Positions 51,225 through 63,822 are shown, numbered from the whole stretch's first letter. The stretch: 63,934 bases of DNA, filler included, from Choristocarpus tenellus KU-1152 (GCA_964200185.2; 8 parts of 8 records of this genome joined end to end with filler, not necessarily neighbours in it); one strand, 5' to 3'. Notes: generated from the letters alone by a model not told the origin. Made by a program: numbers and translations.

Positions 51225-53633
51225 ATGCCCATATGGAGATTTTTTACCAGACCTTCAACTCTACTCTGTTTGCCCCTCCTCGTGCTGGCGAATCAATACA
51301 AGACTATCTGGGCTGCTCATCAGGATGAAATCAAGATGAGTAACAATATTGAAATGGACTTCGGTGGTTACAGCAGGTGTGACAATAGTGCAACAAGTCG
51401 TTATCATCGAGTTGTTTCTGTGTGCTTCCAACTATGCTCACATGAACAGTGGAGATGGTTGGAGGAATCTGTTAGAAAGGGTAGACCTACTACTTAGAAT
51501 CCTTCTTTCTCACTTCTCACCTTAAATAGGCGATTCAACAGCAATAGCTGAAACACAACATGACAGCTACCGGATATGCACTGGAAGCTTGGCCCAACAG
51601 TTGGCTTACATCTTCCTCCCATTACGGGCAATGAAACATGAACGGCATCGGTTGAAAACCACCGGACAAATCTCACAGAAGATAGGAGGATGTGATTGAC
51701 TTGCCTTGATTTTCCTCGCCCAGCCACCGCATTATCTCCTGTGTAATATTATCCTTGAGCAGGCGTCCAGATGACCTATCTAGAGACCAGCAACATGAAG
51801 ACGCTACCAGTCCTGGCAGTCCTCATCATCACAAACGCCCGGAAGAGACCTTGGAGGTGTGCGTAATCGGATTTTCTCGCGAGTGACACCTTCTCTCAGC
51901 TACAGAAGTGTATCAAAATATCTCCACATCAAAATATGCAATTTCTGAGGGTGCTTGTGAACGCAGGGAAGGTCTTTCGGACCGATGCCCGACTTCTCCC
52001 GACCTGGTTTCAGGGACCTCACCCCGCTAGTGATTCTCTTATCCCCAGGCCACAAGCGGCATGCTACCCCTGGGTGATGGGTCATCTGCAAAGCTGGGCT
52101 TAGGCGAGACAATGCGCTTTGACGAAATAGGACCCGTCATAACAAACACTGATGGCACTGTCAGACGCATAGGTGAGGTTAGAGAATTCCTTCTCAGTTC
52201 GTGCTGGTCAAGCAACGAAATGGCACAAGTTTCCGTTCACTTAGCGATTCGTGTTACATTGCCTCGTTGCCCACCTCCTATGTTATGTAGCCCTTCCGAA
52301 ACGCGAGTCCCAGCCCCTGCCCAAAGCTCAAGTTCTCGATTGTGTTTGAATTACGTTGTATCCAAGATACAACCTGAGGAAATTTGTGCTCTTATTTTTT
52401 TCTTCCATGATGTGAATGTTTCAGTTTTTTATTCCGTAACGATGATGGCGCAGAAGTGCAGGCAAGTATGTCAGTATACACCTGACACAACTACTTCTAC
52501 ATTTACAAAGAATCTTTGGTGGCCTTATTTGGCACACACAAGAATAGCGATGGAATGCTCAGGACCAAAGGAAGGGAAGGCATTGTGCTTGGAGAGATAC
52601 TATCACCACAATGATTGCAATGGGCTTTAGGACTGGCCATTTTCAAGCATATCTCTCTACTGTAAAAACCTCTGCACTTAGTGCTGTTCTCTTCTAGTGT
52701 CTCCATTTTTTTTCCATTACACTGCACTAGCTGTATTTATGTAATATGCTCTACAGGATATTTGTGGTCTTCCCTTGCACCAGTGTGAAAGCTATTCCAC
52801 AAAGGGTATCAAGTACTGTAGAACAATTGAGTAGATTCAAAATGAGCTTTCCCCCCCCCCCTCCCCTCCTCCCCCAACCCCATAAATTCCCTTGCTCCTC
52901 CCTTATCTGCATACGGTTGAGGGATAGTGGTACATGATACGAAAAAAAGAAGCTTTGTGTGGGCAGAACGGTTTATTTCTGTTCAATATTATTTTCATTC
53001 ATTTGCACAAGTAAAATGCACTCTTGTTCAACACATGTCACCTATAGTTTCACCTTGTTGGGTTGTTTTGGAACAGGTTGTGTGTTCTATCGAGTCAATG
53101 GGATGAATTTAAACAGGTTCTCTTTTTCTATTGAGAGCCAATGGGATGCATTGTAACTATGCATGTGTTCCAATGAGCCAATAGGATCCATCGGAACAGG
53201 TTACATATTATGGCGGATCAAATAGGGCAATTCAATCCGAATTTCCCAATTCTGCTGACCGGAAAATGATACAATCGGTCTGCAGAGCGATAAGAGGTTA
53301 CAATATTTACTTTCAGTGGTATTAGCAATCTGACATAACCTGACATAACCTCTCAAAGGTTTGGTATGATCATACCACGTTCCTGGCCAAACCCTAACCC
53401 TATGTTGTCCACTTTTATGATCTGTGCAGAGTGAATATAGGATGCGTTTGACCTGTAACTTCCCCTCCTCCCTCAACTGCTCTTAAGCCAACTGGCAGGA
53501 ACTAACTGATAGGGAAAGGGAGGTCACGTTAAGGAGAATTGGTAACCGGAACAGGGAAAGAACAGCAGCACTCAAGTCAAAAGCAATTCAAGAGGAGGAA
53601 GTGGAGGGGTGCATTGATGCCCCTACAATGTAA
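51225..53633 (+). CDS. Small conserved protein of unknown function; exons 51225-51376, 51763-51856, 52049-52172, 53488-53633
   Basis: Phase-consistent splicing. Core FDEIGPVITNTDGTVRRI|ANWQELTDREREVTLRRIGNRNRERT matches a eukaryotic family motif recalled as LGPxVVNxDGTLxRIxNWxxMTxxExxxTLRxLxxRN. The first two exons are less certain. Confidence 0.75.
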
Positions 53634-55027
53634 CAGGGTGGTCCATCTTCGGAAGAGCAGAGTATGAGCCCTGGTCCTGATCCTAACCTAACCCACAAAT
53701 ACATGTATTGTGTAGGAATGTCCTGCCATTGTACCCTGGGCTCTGTGTGATTCAATGCAACAGATGCATTTCTTGAACTTTTTTTTCATTTTTTCCCCCA
53801 CCCTTTGTTTTAGGTCACCTCTGAATTTTAATGCCATTGTTCCGTAAGAGGGTTCATTCTTTTTCATGAGCATTATGACCCCCTTTTCCTCACCACATGG
53901 CAAGATTTAGCTCAAAAACAGTTGAAACGGAGGCATTTTGTTCCTATATAAATTTAGAGGCTATAATCCATGTTTCCATTGGCAAGAAAGGCACCATTGT
54001 TGTTTCTAGTAAGAACGAACCTTCTACCAACAGTGCTAATCTAATGTTCACCTCCCCCAAGGTTACCCTTGTATTCTTGCAACTGTGCTCTCTATTCCAG
54101 TTTGATACACTGGTGACCTAGACGCCTCGTTGTGTACTTTTTCTTTCTTAAGCGATACATGCAACCTGCCAGACAAAGCACCCTTTCCTAATATATATTT
54201 GTGAGACATAAAGATGCTATCAGCACAAGAATTGGGTGTCAAAACCTGTCAATAGTGAAGTGGGCGAGAGAGCTTGAGATTTCCATCTCGCCGTTGAAAA
54301 TTAAGGTACTTGAGGTCGAAGTATGCCCCTCAAAGGTTTCCATGCTGCTGAAGGCTTGTTTCTGTCGAAGCTAGAGAAAAATATATATATTTAAAGCTCT
54401 TGTACGCACAGAGTGTTTAGGGGTGTTCCAAGCGCAGTGACAATTTTCGAACAGTGCTGTGGATTTCTTCTGCTTCCTCTGCCTTACCCTTGCTTTCGAG
54501 GGGTGCTTCAGTCGTTACACATGCAGACAGTGTTGTGTCAAAATTTAGTGACGTAAGGTCTTCCTCTTTGGAAAAAAGATACACCACTTTTGGTTGGTTA
54601 GGGTTAGGGTTATAGGTTTGGCTGCATATATATATATACATATATGCATGGAACATAAAAAATAAAAAATAAAAAACTTGACTGCCTTGGAGGGATGAAT
54701 TGGCTCCTAGACGGGTGGAGGTTTCCCTCTGTTTGTTGACGCACTTGTAGTTACGACCTAGAATCAATGCCAAGAGTACAACCCTTGCTCCTTTTCCTAA
54801 GATATCCGAAAGCCTCAGCAGCATGCTCTGACCTCACAGGGTGACAAATCTCGTGCGACTGTATTGTATTATTGTATTATTGTACCTAGATCTACTCGGA
54901 ATGTTTGAGACCCGGATGGGTGGATGGGGAACAATGTAGAGAGAGGTCTGTTCTTGTATTATGGCAATGTGTGTCTGCAGAACACTTGTTTGGTATGGGC
55001 GTTTCTTCTGGGTATTGTACTATTTTG

Positions 55028-55050
55028 AGGGTTAGGGTTAGGGTTAGGGT
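55028..55050 (+). repeat. Interstitial (TTAGGG)n; shorter tracts at ~11083-11098 and ~54598-54611
   Basis: agggttagggttagggttagggtt. Confidence 0.85.
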
Positions 55051-55922
55051 TTTATGTGGAGTGTCGAGGTCATTTGTAAGCAAGAGGAGGTTCGACTTTG
55101 GCCTCCTGTTTTTTGCGACATCTTTGATCCTTGCGGAATATATATACCCAGTCTAAACGTGTTAAAATCGTCTTTTTCGTATATTTACTGTGTCTAGCAA
55201 AAAATAAACAAAGAAAAATTGTGTGGTCATACCCAGTCTTTCAGGTGTATAGTGTGGAATGCCCCACAAATAGTGCAAGTACGATTTGTTCTTGAAGCTC
55301 AAGATGCTCCCTTCTTTCACCCCATCTCTGGACTCCAACAGTGAGAAGTGTCAAACGCTCTAAAGCGTTGAGAGCAGCTGCAAGGACTAATCAACATTGA
55401 GAACCTCGAGTCAGTTGATGTAACATTGTTCTCTGAAGAAATATGTAAGTCCCGAAAGAGGAAATCCTAAACACTCCTTTTGAGCTAGACAGTTCTCGAT
55501 TGATGGGGACTACATGCCCTCATCCTACGGCATAGCTTCAGCCCCTCAATGTCAAGTACCTTTCGCTAAAGGATATAAATTGAAGCCTAGATGTAATAAT
55601 AGTCTCCATAAGCCCTAACCAGGGTCAGGTCCTCTTGGGGTCAGGAGAAATGCAAACATTAATATTAATAATCATTTTCCTAGCAGAAAGCTTGCTCGGC
55701 TCCTTGTGTTTTTATATCACCACCTCCTCTTGCTTTAGGTGGAAAATCTCACAACGGTCACACCTCAAGCCTACAATGCTGCTGTATCATGCTCCAGAGT
55801 GCAACATTAAAGAATAGAGCAATATATCTTACTAGAAAAAATATAATCTCAAACAAAGCCAGTGCAATATTCTTGACCCCTTCTTGCTCAATGCAGGGGA
55901 ACTCACGCTCGTTTGGTCATAC

Positions 55923-58772
55923 CTTCAAGTTGCATGAGGAGGGGGAGAGTTCATAACATGCCAATTGCACCACAACTGAGATCAAAGTCCATAATAATCC
56001 CACCAACCCATCATATACTCTGGAGTATGCATATAATGTACGACCAGTGACCTTATCAACTCCACAATAACCATGCTTCCAATGACACCTCAATAATCCA
56101 TGTATATATATATATATATGCTGCAATTATAGAACAAGGAATATATGGTTACAAGCTAAAAGTAAATCCCTCAATCAATTTCTAAAACTCAAAAGATGCA
56201 TACAGTGAGGCCAGTGTGAGGACAAGGCACACATGCTTGAGGAGTTATTTCGCACAGGATCGGCAATATGGGGCAATCAACTGGTAGTTGAAGCACTTTG
56301 TGCTTCAAAGTACTTTTTTGTATGTTCCACTAACTGCACCTATTTTCTTCAGTCGCTTTTTGACTGTTCATTGCATACACATGCTCTGTCTGACACCGTG
56401 TTGTACTCCAAGCGTCTATGCCTGTGAGGGTGGGTAACACCATCTCCTATCCCCTCAAGTCTGCAAGTCTTTTCCGTTTGTTGATTATCATTGTGGAATG
56501 GGTTTGGTTCACCGAGGTCTCTTGGCAAAAAAAGCCGACTGGCAGCTACACAACTGTGCAGGGATATGTGCTATGTGAGGGGGTACCCACAGCAGCAGGC
56601 ATTACACCCAACAATGCACAGACTCAAGGAAGCGACGCACATCAACCCCAGGACGCTGACAGAACCAAACAAAATATACTCCGTTTCCTGAGGTAACGGG
56701 ATTGGACAGGGGAGTCAAACGTTGGCTGATTGCAGTATGGAAGAGACTTCAAGCACAGATGTCTGTGTATGGAGGCCCATAACAAAGGCTGGCAGACAAT
56801 ACCCGAGTTGGAGATATGTTGAGTACATACTGGTGAAGGAATAGAATTACTACATAGTACAATTCGTGCCTTGAAACACTTGAAACTGCTAATTGAGCCT
56901 GACACTGGGGGTCACCAACTGAAACATTAAGAACAACACAATCGACACACCGGTATGTCTTGACAGCTGCCCTTAAATTCGACACACCAAGTAGTACCAG
57001 CCTCCTCCTCGGCACTGATGATGACAATAGGACAAAGTGGTGGGTGGTTCAGTGCTTGACCAATGGTGGAAGATATTATTGTATCCAACCCATGCAGACA
57101 TCCCCAGGGTCTCATGGGGTTGTTATCATTCCTCCAAAATGATAAAAAGAGGGAGAAAACAATGCACACAATTTCTGACACTGAAAGGAATACCAAGGTT
57201 GAGGCAGGGAATAGATGCCATTGCAAAGCAAATGGTTGCAGTCTATCGATTGGTACAAATGTTTTTCTCCATGTAGGTTGCATACTCCATAGGTCGGCAT
57301 GACTGGTAGATTTGAGGCGATTGGGGCGATTTCTTAGTAACCCTGCCTGAGAGAACTTTTTTTGTGCAAGGCCATTTCAAGTTGAACCCTATTGCAAGGA
57401 GTATGGGTGGAGAATGGCGACGTAGTTTGGAGAAAGAACCAGTTTGTCCCAGAGTAACTTTGCATGGAAGAGGTCTCACCAAATGCATCTGCTACAGATA
57501 TCACCCAGTAGTTCAAATGTGTAAGATGATGCCAGTATGCTCATGTCAGCACAGGTACGAATGCCCTTGACCACCCTGTATGCTGAGGAGAGTATGATTT
57601 GTTGGAAAAAATGGTTAATGAACCTATTGCCAGACCTTCTGGGTGAAGCATTCATTGTATTTCATTCTCCAACTGGACTGATTATCCAAAATAACGAATT
57701 TCAACTGTTCAATTTACGCAGACTCCCTATATCTTACTGCTACTTCTTCGGTTGTCTTAGTCTTTGGAGTCTCAACGATAATAACAAAGGTAGAACGTGC
57801 TACCCCAGCGAATTATCAAATGAACACCTGTTGGCGCTAGTCCTCCTTAAGGTACAGCACTACAAACTGAGAATTTCTCTGTCGGTTGATTAAGGTCTGT
57901 CAACCTCTAACAAACACGGTGCTGCGATTGTGTGTCACGGATCTCTGATACAAAAAAAACATATTTGTCGACATATTGGTCTAAGATGCCTTCCGCGTTG
58001 TACTTTCTCGTATCCTTAGGTTCTCAGAAGTTAAGGATCACCAGGTCTACTCTTCATCGTGGTAATTTCGAAGAACAGGGGCCAGGAAGTATGTAGGGGG
58101 TAACCACTACAGCCACAAACGGTATCTATCATTTGCCCATGACTCTTGTGAAAGTAGCATGCTGTTACATACTGTATAAGGAGATAATATATTTAGACTT
58201 CATTGTTGAAAATCTCGGACAGAAGGAAACGAAGAATTGCTCATACTCACCAGCCCCATCTATAAGTAAGCAGGCTATCATGCAGGCTATGTCCGTGATA
58301 GCAGCGCATCCAATGACGATTCCGGTGAACGGACCACCACGTGGAGACGTCTCCTCCATTAGTAGAGCTGTTGCTCCTGACACCATACCCATGAGACCAG
58401 CCCAGAAGGACCCGACATTACCCCACTAGTTTACATGCCGTAAGGAAGTGGATATGTCAGGAAATACATTGCCTGAGGTAGGCACTAATGCTTTTCGAGA
58501 AATTTTGTCCGCCCCTTCCATGACAAAAGGACTCTCCAGCTATCACATATTTAAGAGCACACACCATACTCCCTAACTCTCACCTTCGAGAAGACCAAGC
58601 CCCCGAGGATGACTTCGACAACACCGAGTAAGTAGATAGTCACGCCCAGTACTTTGGACAGGCGGACTACCGACATGTGTTTGGGAAGTACAGCGTATCC
58701 TTTCGAAACAATGTCATTATTTACCATGCCTGATTTATCAAGAGGGTCTATTTCCTTACGAGCACTGTCCAT
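55923..58772 (-). CDS. CD20/MS4A-like multi-pass membrane protein; exons 58772-58584, 58425-58251, 57582-57480, 57014-56951, 56687-56587, 56019-55923; 3' end uncertain (possible last exon ~54566-54417)
   Basis: Six exons join in phase: LGVTIYLLGVVEVILGGLVFSK|WGNVGSFWAGLMGMVSG...ACLLIDGA|AYRVV...CSRCIC|AEEEAGTTWCVEFKGSCQDIP|ETEYILFGSVSVLGLMCVASLSLCIVGCNACCCG. It has four hydrophobic helices, a GxFWxG motif and a Cys-rich loop. Confidence 0.7.
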
Positions 58773-61180
58773 AGATTGCACTCTAGTTACTTCACAGTAA
58801 TGTGATGTCGTCCTCATTTCAAACCCACCCATAAAGCATCACACGGTATCCTCTCTTCTTTGCATTTTCCTTCAAAATCAACATGAAACCGTTGTTCTGG
58901 ATTATCAATCCAACAACGACCGACAACTCGACAGGTGAATTCATCATACATATATAGTGGTAGTGTGGCCATTATATCAGATAGAGATAGATACTGTCGT
59001 GAAATCAGCAAGGTGATGACAGCATTCTTCGCTAAGTAACACGAATGAAAGCACTCGATCAACTTTTCTAATTGAGTTGGGATTTCGCCCTGTGTAGGTT
59101 ATCAGAGAGAGGAAATTTTTTATCCACCACACATAGGAAAGACAACCTTAAAGGGAAAAGGATTCTTGCCACCTTTGATCGCCTGGCCATAGTAGTACTA
59201 CTGTGGGGTCCATACTATGAAGCTGTTGCCGTCAACTGTGCAGAGATACGGCATCTAGCTATACTTATGGTAGCTCTCACAGTAGTACCTTCCCTGCTGA
59301 GCTGCTCGGGCGGTCTCTCCTTTGCAGACGATGCTCGACAACCCACACTGTGAAGGGGGAGGCCTTCGGGTTGCTTCCTTTTCGAAATGATGCTGTCTAG
59401 TTGGCAACCTCTTGTGCTGAGGAAAGGAGAGGACTTTTGTCGGCGATTGGGGACAGAAGGAGTGAATGTAAAAGGAGGAAGATCTTTCCCAACAGAGGGA
59501 AATAGGACATAGGTTCCAGGTTATGTTTCTTGTGAAGAAAGGTTGGGAGGAGTAACTTCCTTTCCGAGCAAGGTATGTGTTTGAAGTTATAGCGGTCACG
59601 CCTCCCCTGCATTGACTATTCGTACCCAGATCATAGACTCCCTGTCCTCTTCCGAGGAATTGTTCCTACGGAGACATGAATACTGACACCCAAGACAAAG
59701 ACAGTGGCGCTTGGAGAAGGTGTGACAAGGACTGACAGCAACTCTTGATATGAAGTGGATAAGAAGAAGATCAGCAACACGTCAACCAGAAAAGTTCAGA
59801 ATCGGCCAAAAATTGCCCTTGAGCGTATCTTTCTCCTTTTTTTTGTATCACAGCGACCATCTTGGAGCTCAGTGGATCACATCCGCAAGATGGGCCCTAG
59901 TCATCTCCAGTCAGAAGTCGACCTTAACGTCTACCTAGTACTTGTGAATGCGAGGAAGCCATTTGGGGTCCCCATGTTGTTTCTTGCAGACTCCCTAGTC
60001 ATGGCTCCGGAACTGAATCACATACTGTGGAGCCTCCAGCATCAAACTCAAGGATGGGGACGCTGACTTGGACTCTGGAACGAGAATGCACTGGAATATG
60101 AGCCTAATATGCCAAAGGTATGTCTTACGAAATAAAAACCATGTCGCCTGATGCTTCAAATGGTGCATGGACTCACATTCCTCAATGAGGACGAATATTG
60201 AGTTCAACAACAAGAATGAGACTATTGGGTATCTTAGTGTAACCTCTAGAGTAGTCATCACCTTTGTGTACATGGGAAATACTACACCATCTACACTTGC
60301 AATAAAGCAATCATTTCTCTGTTGTTTTTGTAGGTCAGGGTTAAGGTTAGCTGTTGTGTGCATGGTTTGACCTGCACTCTGGAACACAGAAACCACTATC
60401 TAGTATTATACTCAGCAATAATAATATAAACAAATGGAGTATATGTGTTATAAAGCGAGTTGAACAACAAGTATTCCCAACAAATAAATATCACTAAACC
60501 TTAACCGTATTTGAACCAGTAGGCCCAAATATATGTAGTACTTGAGCCAGATGTTCAATTTGAGTGCATGCAGCAGCATCTCAAATAATCAACAATAACA
60601 ACGTCCATCTTAGCCCAGTGGCTCTCCAGAAGCAGGTAGGGTTAGAGTGAAATTAAGGAGGTAGGATATTATCCCCAGAGCAACAATTGGTTCGGTGAAA
60701 TGTTGCAATCAAACCATCACTTTAGTGTGATGTAAATGGACCCCTCAATAAGGTTGTCCAGTAATATACCTTGTCACAGTTTGGGAAGAAATAATAAAAT
60801 AATATAATCAATAAGAAGAAAAAAATAGAACTTTACAACTACTGCTACTGCTACCACATATATAGTAACAAATAGACTAATAATCACGGCCAGCAAGTGA
60901 ATTTTGATTTGGTGGGAGGCCTGTATAGTTCTGTAAGTATGTAGGACTTGGATTACAACTTGTTGCTGGCTTGATTTTGTGAAATGAGTACTTGAGCTAT
61001 CTAAAATGCACTGTGCACGTAGTCCTTGTGAGGTTTGTGGAGACTCCAATTTCGTGGCAGAATTTGCTTAACAGGGGTCAAACTATAGCCGGTGAATTGA
61101 TAAATGGAGTACTTAGACCGAGACCCGCTCAGCACTACAACTGCAGCAACATACTTCATGCTTCTAGCTCAGGTGGGGGG

Positions 61181-61204
61181 TTAGGGTTAGGGTTAGGGTT
61201 AGGG
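61181..61204 (+). repeat. (TTAGGG)4 tract abutting the bacterial pseudogene
   Basis: ggggggg-ttagggttagggttagggttaggg-tactttttctgag. Confidence 0.95.
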
Positions 61205-61675
61205 TACTTTTTCTGAGTCGCAATCAGTATCCAACGTTTGCGCTTTATCCAACCTTTTGCTAGATTAATTGGTTTTGCTACAGCTTGGATGGCTTCATTT
61301 TTTAATGCATCCATCATTATACACACGGTCTATAATGTAGTTTTTCTAGCAAGAGTGCATTGATAGTTTCTGTCCGGATCCAATTTTGATGGAACTTTTT
61401 GTAGAGAAGCTAAAAGGGCTGCTTCATTTGAAGTAAGCTCTTCAAACCAACTTTAAAGAATGATTAAAAGCAGCTGATGCAACTCCATAGTCATCTTATA
61501 CAAGATAAATTTGATCTAGATAGAGTTCTAATATTTCTTCCATAAATTTTTGAGTAACCATGTAAGACTGGATTGCTTCAGAAATTTCCTATCTAAAGAT
61601 CTTTCAGAAGAAAACAAAAAATCTTACAACTTTCTAAGTAGCTGTTGATCCGCCTTCTACACGTTGCTTATTAAT
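61205..61675 (-). pseudogene. mrcA: Decayed bacterial penicillin-binding protein 1A, transglycosylase-domain fragment (Rickettsiales-like)
   Basis: Minus-strand translation through 2 stops and about 6 frameshifts: QRVEGGSTAT*KVV/DFLFSSERSLDRK/ISEAIQSYMVTQKFMEEILELYLDQIYLV*DDYGVASAAFNHSLKLV/EELTSNEAALLASLQKVPSKLDPDRNYQCTLARK/NYIIDRVYNDGCIK/NEAIQAVAKPINLAK/DKAQTLDTDCDSEKV. GT51 motifs (GGSTITQQ, RKxxE, ILELYLNxIY, YGVxAA, EAALLAxLPKAPS) are in the correct order. The region is intronless and AT-rich. Confidence 0.85.
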
Positions 61676-61711
61676 TGGTGTAGAGGAGTGCAGCTTCATT
61701 GCACAAATAAT

Positions 61712-61969
61712 GAGCCGAAGTATCTTAGAGGGTAGGGCCCCGTCCATTTGGGGGTCAAAATTCAATGTTGTGATTTTGATGTAATTTTGGCTATCGTGCT
61801 TGTTAGGAAGTGTCAATATCCTTGTTCTGGACACACCTTTTCACATTGTATCTATTTTACCTACTCGGAAGCATTTTGGAGTAGAAAAACGTCGTAAAAA
61901 ACGTATGGGAAGCCAAGCCCTAAATGGACAAACAGGGCAAAACTCGTACCCCCTCAGATACTTTCACTC
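61712..61969 (+). mobile_element. MITE family B copy 1 (258 bp)
   Basis: GAGCCGAAGTATCTTAGAGGG...CCCTCAGATACTTTCACTC termini, with an inner GTCCATTT/AAATGGAC inverted pair; colinear with 62190-62448. Confidence 0.8.
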
Positions 61970-62189
61970 AATACAGACACGTCTGTGAAATGGATGCGCA
62001 TAGACACCTCTTGAGTTGTAGGCATAGACACTCTACACAAGATCTTTGTTCGGTTCATTTTATAGTGGAGTGAAGTTCATTTCTGTTACCACAACTTGTC
62101 GTGTACGTCATACATCTGTACAAGCACTCATCTACCCCAAGCCCAAATTGACCAGCCCATCATGTGAATCTGAGAAAATAGCAATGAAA

Positions 62190-62448
62190 GAGTCAAAGTA
62201 TCTTAGAGGGTAGGGCCGCGTCCGTTTGGCGACCAAAATCCAATGTTGAAATTTTGATGTAATTTTGGCAATCATGTTTGTTAGGAAGTGCCAATATCCT
62301 TTTTCCAGGCACACCTTTTCATAACATACACATTTTGCCTACTCCGAAACATTTTGGAGTAGGAAATATGTCGTAAGAAACCCGTGGGAGTCCAAGCCCT
62401 AAATGGACAGACAGGGCAAAGCTCATACCCTCTAAAGTACTTTCACTC
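62190..62448 (+). mobile_element. MITE family B copy 2 (259 bp)
   Basis: GAGTCAAAGTATCTTAGAGGG...CCCTCTAAAGTACTTTCACTC; colinear with copy 1. Confidence 0.8.
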
Positions 62449-63715
62449 ATTATTGAACTGGGGTGGAGGTGTGAGAGGGGTGAAAGAAAAAAATAAAAAT
62501 AGAAAAAAGAAGAGGTGCAGAATTTAGCAACCCGTGTTTCTGGAGGTATTGTTGAACTGAAGTCATTGATATCTTGAAGAAAGGTACACTGGCTCTTTGT
62601 CTCACTCCTGCATCATGTGACCCTCCCTCCAAAGCCAGAGAGTATATACCCATGAGCAAGCCTGAGCTTGAAGATTTGTAGACCAGCGAAAAAAACTTGA
62701 TTCCAGTCCTTCGAGATCAATATCACCTCAATATATTCACTCAATGGACACAAGAATGCATTTACACACCCAGGTTGGGGTTCTTAAAGTGCACCCATCC
62801 TACAAACGTCAATTAACAAACATAAACATACTCTAACACACTAAAGTGCGCACGACCACATATATGTGTTTTTTAATCCTTCAGGCCATCCCAGGGTAGA
62901 GTCTTTGACAGAATGAACCATCTACAAGTTGGAATGTCGTTTGCAGCCTTCTAATACACTAACAGCATGCAGTTCACACCACCAATAGAAACCTACTGCA
63001 TGACACACATCAACCACTCACAGTTAATGTCTCCATTCCCCCTTTGGCTACTGTGTTGACCGCTCTCCTATCTGGAACACTTGTGCTCAAATCAACCTTG
63101 AAATACATAACATTTTTTCTTCACACGGAAATCTATGATGGCACAGAGCATACGATGGATCCTGCCACAACATAAGGGGTCAAGCAGGGACTTGAGTGAA
63201 TCTGATACCTGCGAAGGGCAGGTTAGATGCCCAGGTTAGCTTGTCTGCCCCCCACACTTAACAAGATTCAAAGCACACTGCTCTGCACTGTGACTGTTTC
63301 ATGTTGACTGGGTCAGAACCTGCCAACTTAATCATGGTCACGCCATTGTGGTTATGCACGATAGCTACAAACACAGCAATGGTGTATCAATCAATAGAAT
63401 AGTGAAGTCCCCCCATATTCCCCCTCACTTTATTGTGGAGCCACACGCTAGACACACACACAATACATATATACATGTACACACCCTCTGCTACTATACT
63501 CAAAGTCACCACACAATTCAATATTAACTGTCACAAAGCACTGAAAGAAGGGCTCATATCCCTAAACCTAATATTCCACTACACCCTCGGTTACCAAGAA
63601 GAAGTTCAATTAGGTTTGGGTGCCCGATTTTTCCAGAGGGTAGTCGCTTTATCTCTCTGATGCGTAGGATGAACACTCAATGATTTTGTGGACCCATGTT
63701 TTCTCCATGCGATTT

Positions 63716-63822
63716 TCAAACTTTTTTGGTACAGAACCATGCTGAACAACCCACCGCCAAAGTGACAACTGCGACAATGGTCAAAGCGACCAGGTTGACA
63801 TTCAAACAATATAGAACGTATC
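63716..63822 (-). CDS. Possible terminal exon of a membrane protein whose upstream exons lie beyond the window
   Basis: cacag acceptor followed by YVLYCLNVNLVALTIVAVVTLAVGCSAWFCTKKV*, a hydrophobic helix with a KK tail; no homology recognised. Confidence 0.3.

Noticed and set aside
59200-60070. Coding-looking stretch upstream of the MS4A-like gene
   Set aside because: Stops occur in all frames, with no recognisable motif or consistent splice model.
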